Part shown: piece by piece, positions 1 through 9,348 of the stretch
Layout of the letters: every line of letters begins with the position of its first letter
How positions within the stretch are numbered: the first letter of the stretch is position 1
Translations under genes and position numbers: made by a program
Notes under the pieces: generated by a model
What the model was told of the DNA's origin: nothing
Seen by the model: the letters and a program-made list of their open reading frames with translations, nothing else
The model's database searches: none
Assembly (NCBI GenBank): GCA_024680815.1
Contig: JAILBQ010000111.1
Span: 8,600 to 72,599 of the forward strand
Direction: 5' to 3'
Origin: Lachnospiraceae bacterium
GTDB taxonomy: Bacteria > Bacillota > Clostridia > Lachnospirales > Lachnospiraceae
DNA length: 64,000 nucleotides

Positions 1-1
1 T

Positions 2-927
2 TACGACGGAATCAGCTCCGCCTGCGATAATCTTTCATGCCCTCTGTTCACGAGGGAAAACGTTCCGGAAGAGGAAGAAGCTGTTAAAAAGGCGGTGAAA
101 GAGCTGGCGGGTCTGGGAAGCCGGGTGATTTTCCTGACAAGCTACGGATACGGGAATGGGCGGACGAAATTGTCAGGGAATATCCCGAGGTGGCCTTTTA
201 TTCTATTTCCGGAGGAGGAGAAGCGAAAAACTGCACTTCGTATTTCGCGAGAATGTATCAGGTGAGATACCTTTCGGGAATTGTCGCCGGAGCTCAGAGC
301 AAAACCGGGGTGCTGGGTTATGTGGCCTCCTGGCCCATGCCCGAAACCAACCGCGCCATAAACGCCTACACTTTGGGGGCCCAGGTGTCAAATCCCGATG
401 TCCGCGTTATTGTCAGGTTCACAGGAAGCTGGGATAACGAAGAGGAAGAAAAAAATTCCGTTTATCTTCTGGCTGAGAGGGGAGCGGATGTCATAACCTA
501 TCATGAGGACAAGCCCTACGCTATAGAGGCCGCCGAGGAGCTGGGGCTTTATTCCACCGGATTTGACGCGGTTTATCAGGATTATTCGGATAAATTCCTT
601 ACGGCCGCCCTCTTTAACTGGAGTGTTGTATATGAAAAGATTCTGGTGGATTATCTCAGCGGAAGAGCCAATTTTTCAAAAAGCTACTGGCTGGATATTT
701 CCGAAGAGGCGGTTCTGCTCTACACCTATTCTCCTCTTGTGAAAACGCCGACGAGAGCTCTTGTTTCGGGAGAGAAGGGGAGGATTTCGGGAAAAAATGA
801 TGTCTTTTCGGGAGAAATTCGTGATAATGCCGGGATTCTGCGCTGTGAAAGGGATGAGTGCATAAGCGATGAAGAATTGTTTAACGGCATGAAATGGCTG
901 GCGGAGGGTGTAGAGGTATATGAATAA
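2..927 (+). CDS. BMP-family substrate-binding protein, 5'-truncated by the window, with an apparent frameshift at ~152-154
   Basis: Frame 2 from nt 2 reads YDGISSACDNLSCPLFTRENVPEEEEAVKKAVKELAGLGSRVIFLTSYGYG; frame 1 continues EWADEIVREYPEVAFYS...YQVRYLSGIVAG...GVLGYVASWPMPETNRAINAYTLGAQ...FTGSWDN, typical BMP motifs. Confidence 0.75.
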
Positions 928-3643
928 AAAGGAACCTTCACAAAAATACAGGATTACGGCAGTTGTGCTGTTTTTTGCCTGTGTCCTGCTGTTTGTAGGT
1001 ATATTGCTGGAGAGCCGGATGGGAGCGCTGCTGACCGCCTATACCGAAAGGCAGATGAAACGCCAGGCCGAAACCTTCGCCTATCTTGCGGCAGAGGAGT
1101 TTGAAACCCAGCTGGACGATCTTGAATACATAGCCTCAAAGCTGGAAAAAAATCCGGAGGAAACGAGCGTGCTGATGCCTCTGGTTTTCGATGAAACCGG
1201 AGTTAAGCAGGGACTGCTTTCAATAGACGGAGTCGCCATATACGGGGAGGGACTTCATGTACGCACCTTCGACGGTATTCAGGCTTCGTTTCGGGGGAAA
1301 AGCGCCATAACCTTTGTGGAAAATGAGGGACTTTTATTTACTTACCCCGTGTTTCACGGAAAAAACATAAAGTATGTGCTCTACCGTCTGTTTCCCACGA
1401 ACACTCTGGAGGACAGCTTTTCCATAAGCTGCTATGACGATCTCGGAGGGATCTGCGTCGTAACGAGAGACCCCCAGGTCATCATTCCCTTCAAGGATGT
1501 GACAAACGCGGAAAGGGAATGGTTCGCAAGCGAAGAGACCCTCGAGAATTATATATCCATGTACCGGGAAATGGAGGTCTCCGTCGCGGCTGCGGAGGTT
1601 TTCCCGACGGAATTCGGGGATATGCTGCTTTTCGAGGCGGAGGTGCCGGGCACGGATTATCTTGTGGAAGGCTTTGTGCCGATGAAGGTTGCCTCCGAGG
1701 GAATTGACAGAATAACCCTGCTTGTGGCCTGGGTGTTCGGGCTTTTGATGCTTCTTGTGCTCATTGGCGCTCTTTATCTGGTCAAGGCAAGCCTTAAGCT
1801 TCGGGAAAGCAACGCCCTCAGAAAAGCCAAGGCCATGGCGGAGGAAGCCTCCAGAGCTAAAAGCGATTTTCTGGCGAACATGTCTCACGAAATACGAACG
1901 CCTATAAACGCGGTTCTGGGAATGAACGAGATGATACTCAGGGAGGCGGATGACGAAACTATTCTGTCCTACTCCGCGAATATAAAAAACGCGGGCAGCA
2001 CTCTTCTCGGTCTTATAAATGACATCCTGGACTTTTCAAAGATCGAGGCGGGAAAGATAGAGATTATTCCGGTGGATTACGACCTGCTTATTGTCATTAA
2101 CGATCTGATGAACATGATCCATACCCGCGCGGATGAAAAGGGACTTTTACTGCAATTTGACATAGACCCGGATACGCCCAGAAAGCTTAACGGCGATGAG
2201 GTGCGCATCAAGCAGATCATTACCAATATTCTGACGAACGCCGTGAAATATACGGAGAAGGGGAGCGTCACCTTAAGTGTCGGTTATGAAAAGCTGAAGG
2301 ACGAACCGGACAGCGTGATGCTGAAAGTGTCCGTAAAGGATACCGGAATCGGCATAAAATTCGAGGATATGAAAAAGCTGTTTTCGGAGTTTGAGCGTAT
2401 CGAGGAGGAGCGCAACCGCAATATCGAAGGCACGGGTCTGGGAATGAGCATCACAAAGAGCCTGCTTGGCCTTATGGGATCATCCCTTGAGGTGGACAGT
2501 GTTTACGGTCTGGGCTCAACCTTCGGCTTTTCCTTAAAACAGAAGGTCATAAGCTGGGAAAAGCTGGGGGATTACGAGACAGCGTACCGCGAGCATATAA
2601 AGCGGCATGAATACCGGGAGAGCCTGACGGCCCCGGACAGCCGCATTCTCGTGGTGGACGACAATCCGATGAACCTCATGGTGTTTAAGAGCCTTGTGAA
2701 GCAGACCCTCGTTATGGTGGATACGGCAAATGACGGAGATGAGGGGATACAGTTCGCTGCCCGGACAAAGTACGATATAATTTTCCTTGACCATATGATG
2801 CCGGGGAAGGACGGAATAGAAACTCTTCATGAGCTGCGGGGGAGGAGCGACACTCTCAACATTAGCACTCCCGCTGTATGCCTGACGGCCAACGCCATAT
2901 CCGGAGCGAAGGAAAAATACATTGATGCAGGCTTTGACGACTATCTCACAAAGCCCATAAATCCCGATGCCCTTGAGAGCATGCTTATTGAATATCTGCC
3001 GAAGGATAAGGTCAGAATGACAAGCGTTTCAGGGGCGGAAAGCAGGGAGAGTCTGCCGGAGAATTTAAGGGTTCTTAAAGGGCAGAGTCTTATAGATCCG
3101 GAACTGGGAATAAAAAACAGCGGTGCCGAGGAGGCATATATGCCGCTGCTTAAGGTGTTTTACAGCTCCGCCGATGAAAACGCGGAGGCGCTCGGGAGCT
3201 TTCTTGCCGAAGAGGATTATCGCAACTACACAATCAAGGTTCATGCGCTGAAGAGCTCCTTAAGAATAGTCGGAGCCATCTCCCTCGGGGAAGAGGCCCA
3301 ACAGCTGGAGAATGCCGGAAATGAAGGGAATTTCACGTATATCCGGGATAATCACGAAGCTTTTATCGGAAAATACCTGGATTTAAAGGAAGTGCTCTCA
3401 GTCCTCTTTGAGGAGGATGATTCGGATTCCGGCAAGCCGGAGGCTGAAGCTGAGTTTATGGAGGAGATTTTAAAGGATATTGAGGCCGCTGCGGATGATA
3501 TGGACTGCGACCGGCTGGAAGGAATCTTTGAGAAAATGGAAGCCTACCGTATACCCGAAGCCCAGAGGGAACTGTACGGGAAACTCAGAGACGCCGCGGA
3601 TAAATATGAATATGAAACGATACTTTCACTGTTGAAAAATTGA
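920..3643 (+). CDS. Hybrid sensor histidine kinase: 2 TM + extracytoplasmic Cache-like domain, HisKA, HATPase, REC, Hpt
   Basis: H-box FLANMSHEIRTP, N-box ILTNAVKYT, G boxes DTGIGI/GTGLG, REC IIFLDHMMP, Hpt IKVHALKSS; SD GAGGT before ATG 920. Confidence 0.95.
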   Translation: MNKKEPSQKYRITAVVLFFACVLLFVGILLESRMGALLTAYTERQMKRQAETFAYLAAEEFETQLDDLEYIASKLEKNPEETSVLMPLVFDETGVKQGLLSIDGVAIYGEGLHVRTFDGIQASFRGKSAITFVENEGLLFTYPVFHGKNIKYVLYRLFPTNTLEDSFSISCYDDLGGICVVTRDPQVIIPFKDVTNAEREWFASEETLENYISMYREMEVSVAAAEVFPTEFGDMLLFEAEVPGTDYLVEGFVPMKVASEGIDRITLLVAWVFGLLMLLVLIGALYLVKASLKLRESNALRKAKAMAEEASRAKSDFLANMSHEIRTPINAVLGMNEMILREADDETILSYSANIKNAGSTLLGLINDILDFSKIEAGKIEIIPVDYDLLIVINDLMNMIHTRADEKGLLLQFDIDPDTPRKLNGDEVRIKQIITNILTNAVKYTEKGSVTLSVGYEKLKDEPDSVMLKVSVKDTGIGIKFEDMKKLFSEFERIEEERNRNIEGTGLGMSITKSLLGLMGSSLEVDSVYGLGSTFGFSLKQKVISWEKLGDYETAYREHIKRHEYRESLTAPDSRILVVDDNPMNLMVFKSLVKQTLVMVDTANDGDEGIQFAARTKYDIIFLDHMMPGKDGIETLHELRGRSDTLNISTPAVCLTANAISGAKEKYIDAGFDDYLTKPINPDALESMLIEYLPKDKVRMTSVSGAESRESLPENLRVLKGQSLIDPELGIKNSGAEEAYMPLLKVFYSSADENAEALGSFLAEEDYRNYTIKVHALKSSLRIVGAISLGEEAQQLENAGNEGNFTYIRDNHEAFIGKYLDLKEVLSVLFEEDDSDSGKPEAEAEFMEEILKDIEAAADDMDCDRLEGIFEKMEAYRIPEAQRELYGKLRDAADKYEYETILSLLKN

Positions 3644-3684
3644 TTTTAAGGAACTGTAACAGATCCTGAGAACGGGTAAAAAGT

Positions 3685-5031
3685 ATGGAGTACTGGATAG
3701 TAGTTGTGGATGATGAACCGCTGAGCCTGACTAACGCGAAGCTTCTTTTAAATGAAAACGGCATGCGGGTAAGCTGTCTGAGAAGCGGCAGGGAGCTTTT
3801 AAGGTTCATGGATAAAAATTCGCCTGATCTTATTCTGCTGGATATCCTGATGCCGGAAATGGACGGCTTTGCGACCTATAACAATTTAAGGCAGAACGAG
3901 GAAAAATACGGAAGGGCGAAAACCCCGGTTATCTTTCTTACGGGAGAAAACAACAGGGAGACGGAGCGGCGGGGGCTGAAGGCGGGGGCCTCTGATTTTA
4001 TCCGAAAGCCCTTTGACAGGGATATTCTGCTTAAGCGCATAAAGAATACGATAATCAACAGCAAGACCATAGAAAACCTTACGGAAGAGGCTTCCCTGGA
4101 TAAGCTGACCGGCTTTCTCAACAAGGCCAGCGGGACAGACAGGGTAGGGCGTCTGTGCGGGGAAAGGGCCGGAGCGCTGATGATTTTTGACCTGGACAAT
4201 TTCAAGCTGGTGAATGATCTCTATGGCCACGATATGGGCGACAGAGTACTCGTTGCCTTCTCTGAAATCGTCAGATTAAATATAAGGGCCGAAGATGTGG
4301 TGAGCCGCGTGGGCGGCGATGAATTCATGGCCTATTTCCCGGGGCTAACAGAAGAGGACGCGGTTCGCGCACTGACCGTAAGACTCAACGAACAGTTCAT
4401 GAAAAAAGCGGAGGAGCTTATGGGAGAAGATCACGGCATACCTGTCGGAATTTCCGTCGGGGCCGCTTTTTCGCCCGCTCACACAAAAGACTACCAGCTC
4501 CTCTTCCAGTATGCCGACAGTTCCCTGTATAAGGTAAAACAGAACGGCAGGCACAGCTATGCTATTTATGATGCTGAAGAGGATTTTATCGAGACAGGGG
4601 AAGATCTTGACAGGGAGCTTATCCGGATCACCCGGATTATGGAGGAGAGAGGTGACACAAAGGGAGCCCTGTTTCTTAATCAGGATGCCTTTTCCTGGGA
4701 CTACCGCTTTATAATGCGGTTTATGAAGCGATATAACGGAATCGTCAACAGATTTCTGATTTCTCTGTCCACGGAGGAAAAGGGAGTTGTCTTTTCGGAG
4801 ATTGTGGCTGAATTCGGCAGCGTAATGCGTCAGACCTTAAGACGGTGTGACATTATCTTTCAATGTAAGCCGAATCAGTTTTTTGTGGTTCTTCCTCAGC
4901 TTACGGAGCATAACGCCCCCAAGGTTATCCGGCGTATCCTGGGTGAATGGGAAAAGAAGGAATATCATGACAGGGTTAAAATACGCTATGCCACTGCAAC
5001 GGTTTCTTCTGAAACGGATCAGGGAAAATAA
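3685..5031 (+). CDS. Response regulator diguanylate cyclase (REC-GGDEF) with a C-terminal degenerate GGDEF-like domain
   Basis: REC ILLDILMP; DKLTGFLNK, DLDNFKLVNDLYGHDMGD, RAEDVVSRVGGDEF; the C-terminal region has RRCDIIFQCKPNQF. Confidence 0.93.
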   Translation: MEYWIVVVDDEPLSLTNAKLLLNENGMRVSCLRSGRELLRFMDKNSPDLILLDILMPEMDGFATYNNLRQNEEKYGRAKTPVIFLTGENNRETERRGLKAGASDFIRKPFDRDILLKRIKNTIINSKTIENLTEEASLDKLTGFLNKASGTDRVGRLCGERAGALMIFDLDNFKLVNDLYGHDMGDRVLVAFSEIVRLNIRAEDVVSRVGGDEFMAYFPGLTEEDAVRALTVRLNEQFMKKAEELMGEDHGIPVGISVGAAFSPAHTKDYQLLFQYADSSLYKVKQNGRHSYAIYDAEEDFIETGEDLDRELIRITRIMEERGDTKGALFLNQDAFSWDYRFIMRFMKRYNGIVNRFLISLSTEEKGVVFSEIVAEFGSVMRQTLRRCDIIFQCKPNQFFVVLPQLTEHNAPKVIRRILGEWEKKEYHDRVKIRYATATVSSETDQGK

Positions 5032-5055
5032 CGGCTTAAACGGACATTAAGGAGT

Positions 5056-5451
5056 ATGGGGAAAATGGATGAAAAGCAATACAGAATACTGATTGTGGAC
5101 GATGATCCGGCCTATGCAAAGATGATTAAAGCCTGGATTAAGGATATTTACAGGGTGGATGTGGTGACAGCCGGGGCCCAGGCGATAACCTTCCTTGGCA
5201 GGCTTCCGGGAGATAAAAAGGTGGATATGATACTTTTGGACTATGAGATGCCTGTTATGAACGGCCCCCAGGTGTTTAAGCTTCTTAAGGAGGAGCCGGT
5301 TACAAAGGATATTCCGGTGATCTTTCTTACGGGAGCGGGAAATGAGGAAGCATTGTCTCTTATAAAGAGCCTTGAGCCGAAGGGATATATATCGAAAACC
5401 TCCACAAGGGATGAACTCCTTGAGTATCTGGGGGAAAGGCTCGAGGGATGA
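5056..5451 (+). CDS. Stand-alone receiver-domain (CheY-like) response regulator
   Basis: ILIVDDD, ILLDYEMP, VIFLTG; no output domain; SD AAGGAG. Confidence 0.92.
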   Translation: MGKMDEKQYRILIVDDDPAYAKMIKAWIKDIYRVDVVTAGAQAITFLGRLPGDKKVDMILLDYEMPVMNGPQVFKLLKEEPVTKDIPVIFLTGAGNEEALSLIKSLEPKGYISKTSTRDELLEYLGERLEG

Positions 5452-5543
5452 TCAGGTTGTTTTGCGTTTCCGTTTATAGTAAACTTAAACCGTAAAACCT
5501 GTTTTTTTCCGTTTCTGCAATTACAGAGGAGGTACACAGAATA

Positions 5544-5951
5544 ATGAATCTTTCAGGCATTGACAAAGTATTTGATTTTATGAACAAAGCGGAAACCTAT
5601 TATCTGGCGACGGTTGAAAAGGGAGAGCCCAGGGTAAGGCCTTTCGGGACGGTGCTTCTCTATGAAGGGAGGCTTTATATCCAGACCGGAAAGTCAAAGG
5701 ATGTGTCGAAACAGCTTTCCGCAGATCCCCACGCGGAGCTCTGCGCATTTAAAGACGGGAAATGGCTCCGTGTCAGGGGCGAGCTTATCAATGACGACAG
5801 AATCGAGGTAAAGAGGGCGATGCTGGATAAGTATCCGAGCCTTCAGTCAATGTACAGCCCTGAGGACGATAATACGCAGGTGCTGTATCTGTCGAATGCG
5901 AAAGCGACCTTTTATTCGTTTACGGAAGCTCCTGAGACAGTGACCTTCTGA
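5544..5951 (+). CDS. Pyridoxamine 5'-phosphate oxidase-like FMN-binding protein
   Basis: YYLATVEKGEPRVRPFG...KDVSKQLSADPHAELC pattern; SD GAGGAGG. Confidence 0.85.
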   Translation: MNLSGIDKVFDFMNKAETYYLATVEKGEPRVRPFGTVLLYEGRLYIQTGKSKDVSKQLSADPHAELCAFKDGKWLRVRGELINDDRIEVKRAMLDKYPSLQSMYSPEDDNTQVLYLSNAKATFYSFTEAPETVTF

Positions 5952-5995
5952 TCAGGCCGGAAAAAACCCGAATAACAGTTGAGGAGAATGCGGTT

Positions 5996-7141
5996 ATGGC
6001 GCTTGAAATAATCAGGTTTAACGGACTTAAAAGCAAAGACTGGCTGATATATAAATATCCTTCTGAGAATATCATCATGGGTTCCCAGCTCATAGTTCAG
6101 GAAGGGCAGGTCGCGATTTTTTCACGCGGCGGAGCTATGGCGGATATGTTTTATCCGGGTACCTATACGCTTAAGACGGAAAATCTGCCGATTCTCAGGA
6201 CTCTTGTAAATCTTCCCTTCGGCGGAAATTCCCCGTTTTCAGCGGAGATCTATTTCGTCAACACCACGGTAAAGCTGGATATAACCTGGGGCACAACGGA
6301 TCCGATACAGCTTGTCGATCCCAAATATCACGTGAAGCTGAGGATAAGGGCTTTCGGACAGATGGGAATGCGTGTCCGCGACGTTTCGGGAATGTTCAGG
6401 GAAATAATCGGAGGTCTCGGAAAGGACGAGTGGGTAAGATTTGACCGGATCAGGGAATACTACCGCGGTATTCTGGTGGTCAAGGTCAAGTCCGCCATCG
6501 CCAACGCAATAATAACGGACGGCATTTCCGCTCTGGAGATAGATGCCTATCTCGACTCATTGTCACAGAAGGTGAAGGAGCAGGTGGAGCCGGAATTTAT
6601 CCGCTACGGTTTTTCAGTGGCGAATTTTTTCATACAATCCATCAACTTCCCGGACGAAGACTTCGATATGATCAACAATATCCTTGCAGACAGGGCTGCG
6701 TTTGATCTTATGGGAGACAACCGCTATGCCACAAAGCGCTCCTTTGACGTCTATCAGGATGCCGCCAGCAACCAGAACGGGATGGCGGGAACCTTCGTGG
6801 CCGGCGGAATGGGTCTCGGCGCAGCCATAGGAGTGGGATCGGCCATGGGTAACGCGCTGGGAAATCCTATGATGCAGAGTCAGGCCGGAAAAGCTATGGG
6901 CGCAGGCGCGGAAGAAGCAGCGGCAGCTGGTGCGGCCGGTGCGGCGGTTGCGGGAGCTGAGGCCGTGGCAGAAGCAGCCTCTTCGAAAAAATGTGTTTCC
7001 TGCGGAGCCGAATTTCCTTCGAAATATAAATTCTGCCCGGAATGCGGTTTTAATAACGCTGAGATTGAGTGCAGGGGATGCGGAAGAATGCTGAACCCCG
7101 GTATAAAATTCTGCCCGGAATGCGGAACCAGAGTTGAATAA
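5996..7141 (+). CDS. SPFH (YdjI-like) domain protein with a C-terminal double zinc ribbon
   Basis: SQLIVQEGQVAIF, PGTYTLKTENLPIL, PFSAEIYFVN, WGTTDPI; four CxxC pairs at the C-terminus (KFCPECG twice). Confidence 0.88.
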   Translation: MALEIIRFNGLKSKDWLIYKYPSENIIMGSQLIVQEGQVAIFSRGGAMADMFYPGTYTLKTENLPILRTLVNLPFGGNSPFSAEIYFVNTTVKLDITWGTTDPIQLVDPKYHVKLRIRAFGQMGMRVRDVSGMFREIIGGLGKDEWVRFDRIREYYRGILVVKVKSAIANAIITDGISALEIDAYLDSLSQKVKEQVEPEFIRYGFSVANFFIQSINFPDEDFDMINNILADRAAFDLMGDNRYATKRSFDVYQDAASNQNGMAGTFVAGGMGLGAAIGVGSAMGNALGNPMMQSQAGKAMGAGAEEAAAAGAAGAAVAGAEAVAEAASSKKCVSCGAEFPSKYKFCPECGFNNAEIECRGCGRMLNPGIKFCPECGTRVE

Positions 7142-7158
7142 CGTGAAAGGAGCCTAAA

Positions 7159-7935
7159 GTGAAAAAGATCATTATTCTGCCGGCGATATTACTTGTTTTT
7201 TACCTTACGATTTTTTCAATAATAACCTTCGGAATCATAAAATTTCAGAATCATGATCATTTCGTGATTGCCCTGATCTTTGAGCTTATCGGCTTTATTC
7301 TTCTGGCACTGGTCGCCGTGATGAATATGATAGTGAATCCGCCTGTTAAAACGGGTTTCTTTGCTCCGCTTACTCTGATTACTCTTTTTTATACAGTATT
7401 CCTTCATATTCTCAACATAGGACTGGTTCAGTTAATGCCTTCCATCTGGGGCGTGCTTCTGAACCTTATACTTCTGTTTGTTTACCTGACGATAGCAGGG
7501 CTTATGGTTTTTGCCGGAAGAATGGATACAAGGCCTCATTCCGGAGTTTTAACCCAGCACGTCATAGGTCGGGAAGCCAGGCAGGAGGGAACAAGGGAAT
7601 GTCCTCACTGTAATGTGATGATCCCCTACAGCGTAGAGTTCTGTCCCGTGTGCGGAAAGCCTTCAAGTCCCCCGCAGCCGCCCATACCTCCGGTGTCCCA
7701 GCCGCTGACTCCTCCGGCGAGCGCCACCTTCGGCAGACCGGTCCAGGTGGCGAGCGGCGATCCGGGGATGCCGGGAAGCGCTTATGCGCCCGTAACGCCG
7801 CCGCCTGCGCCCGTAACGCCGCCGCCTGCACCGGCGCCTTCAGGGGCAGGGTCTGCTCCTCTCGTGTGTGCCTGCGGAGCCCCGCTGCTTATGGGCTCTA
7901 AATTCTGTCCGAACTGCGGCCGTTCCGTGGGATGA
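7159..7935 (+). CDS. Membrane protein (4 TM) with two zinc ribbons separated by a Pro-rich linker
   Basis: Hydrophobic N-terminal 120 aa; CPHC...CPVCG and CACG...CPNCG; GTG start with SD AAGGAG. Confidence 0.8.
   Translation: MKKIIILPAILLVFYLTIFSIITFGIIKFQNHDHFVIALIFELIGFILLALVAVMNMIVNPPVKTGFFAPLTLITLFYTVFLHILNIGLVQLMPSIWGVLLNLILLFVYLTIAGLMVFAGRMDTRPHSGVLTQHVIGREARQEGTRECPHCNVMIPYSVEFCPVCGKPSSPPQPPIPPVSQPLTPPASATFGRPVQVASGDPGMPGSAYAPVTPPPAPVTPPPAPAPSGAGSAPLVCACGAPLLMGSKFCPNCGRSVG
7785..7826 (+). repeat. Two exact tandem copies of a 21-bp unit encoding APVTPPP
   Basis: TGCGCCCGTAACGCCGCCGCC x2, read directly. Confidence 0.95.
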
Positions 7936-7971
7936 ACCGTGGAAACAGCGGGATAAGAGTGACGGAAAAGT

Positions 7972-9321
7972 ATGGATGAAAAGAATATAATGATTACATT
8001 TCCAATCATTGAAATACTGTTGATGATCCTGGTATGTTTCATCTTGCTCAGGCTCAATCACGCTATTTTCAAGCAGCTTCAGAGAAAGAAGAAAAGACTG
8101 CATCTCCTGTTTTTCGAAAATGTGTTAAGGGCCGGGATCATCATTTTCTGCGTGATTGTTGCGCTTTCGGGATATGAAGGATTTACGAAGCTGTACCGGT
8201 TTATTTTCAGCGGTACGGTTGTTTTAACCGGTGTTGTCGGACTTGCCTGCCAGGATATCTTAAAGGACATCCTCGCGGGAGTTCTAATTTCTCTGTGCAG
8301 ACCCTTCGATGTGGGGGACAGGGTGCTCATAAACGATATTGAAAAACCCTGCGTGGTGGAGGATATGACAGTACGTCATGTGGTTTTAAAGACCATGGAC
8401 GGAATCCGCTATCTTATTCCCAACAGCGAAATCAACAACAAGCTGATCACCAATACCAGCTATCACCAGAAGCTGCGTGGAACCTTTATAAAAATTCCGG
8501 TGGCTTATTCGGCTGATTTAAGAAAGGCGATTGAAGTTACAAGAAAGGTTGTACGCGACTGCCCCTTTACCTTCCCGAACAACGAGAATAATGATGATCT
8601 GGATAACTACGGCGAGGTCTATGTGGTGGGGTATGACTCCAGCTCGGTTACACTGGAAACCACAATCTGGACCGAGCCTTCCATGGACAACTTCCTCGCC
8701 TGCAGCGAGATACGTTTAAGCATCATAGAGGCTTTCCGTAAGAACGGCGTGGAGATCCCGTATAATTATACCAATGTCATCCTTAAAGAGCAGAAGGATG
8801 ATATACAGTATATAACTCCGGTTCAGCGCGATATCACGTCAAAGTCGGATATAATCACTGTCACGAACTACAGAAAAGAGCTGCCGGAATGCCTGAAGCA
8901 CGTTAAGAAGTTCCAGGAATTCTATAAATTTGATATCAAGTGGGATACTTTAAATCTCCTTGTTGAAGAGCTCCTGATGTTCAGCAACCGCATTCTTCCC
9001 AGGGAAAAAATGGATTTCTGGATGGAAGCCAATATGCGGAGGATAAAGTTCTGTCTGCAAACCACAGGAATTATCAAGGTCTCAAAGCTGATGAAGCTGG
9101 TTAATAAAAATAAAAATGTAAAGCTTCCGGATGTACTCATAGCCCGCTTAAGGCTGATGGTTAAAAAGGACATCGAGCCTGACGGGTGGCTTTTCGACTC
9201 TGACAGCATAGGAGGAGAGGATGATATGATTGAGAAAAAGCTCCTGATGGCGTATGCGGATTCCCTGAAGATCGGAGTAATTGATAAACATCTGACGATT
9301 GCGGTGATAAAAAATCTTTAG
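7972..9321 (+). CDS. MscS-family mechanosensitive channel with a ~170-aa C-terminal extension
   Basis: TM N-terminus, GLACQDILKDILAG, RPFDVGDRV, RYLIPNSEI, IEAFRKNGVEIPY. Confidence 0.88.
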   Translation: MDEKNIMITFPIIEILLMILVCFILLRLNHAIFKQLQRKKKRLHLLFFENVLRAGIIIFCVIVALSGYEGFTKLYRFIFSGTVVLTGVVGLACQDILKDILAGVLISLCRPFDVGDRVLINDIEKPCVVEDMTVRHVVLKTMDGIRYLIPNSEINNKLITNTSYHQKLRGTFIKIPVAYSADLRKAIEVTRKVVRDCPFTFPNNENNDDLDNYGEVYVVGYDSSSVTLETTIWTEPSMDNFLACSEIRLSIIEAFRKNGVEIPYNYTNVILKEQKDDIQYITPVQRDITSKSDIITVTNYRKELPECLKHVKKFQEFYKFDIKWDTLNLLVEELLMFSNRILPREKMDFWMEANMRRIKFCLQTTGIIKVSKLMKLVNKNKNVKLPDVLIARLRLMVKKDIEPDGWLFDSDSIGGEDDMIEKKLLMAYADSLKIGVIDKHLTIAVIKNL

Positions 9322-9348
9322 GAACAGTTGCGGAAAGGGCAGGATTTT

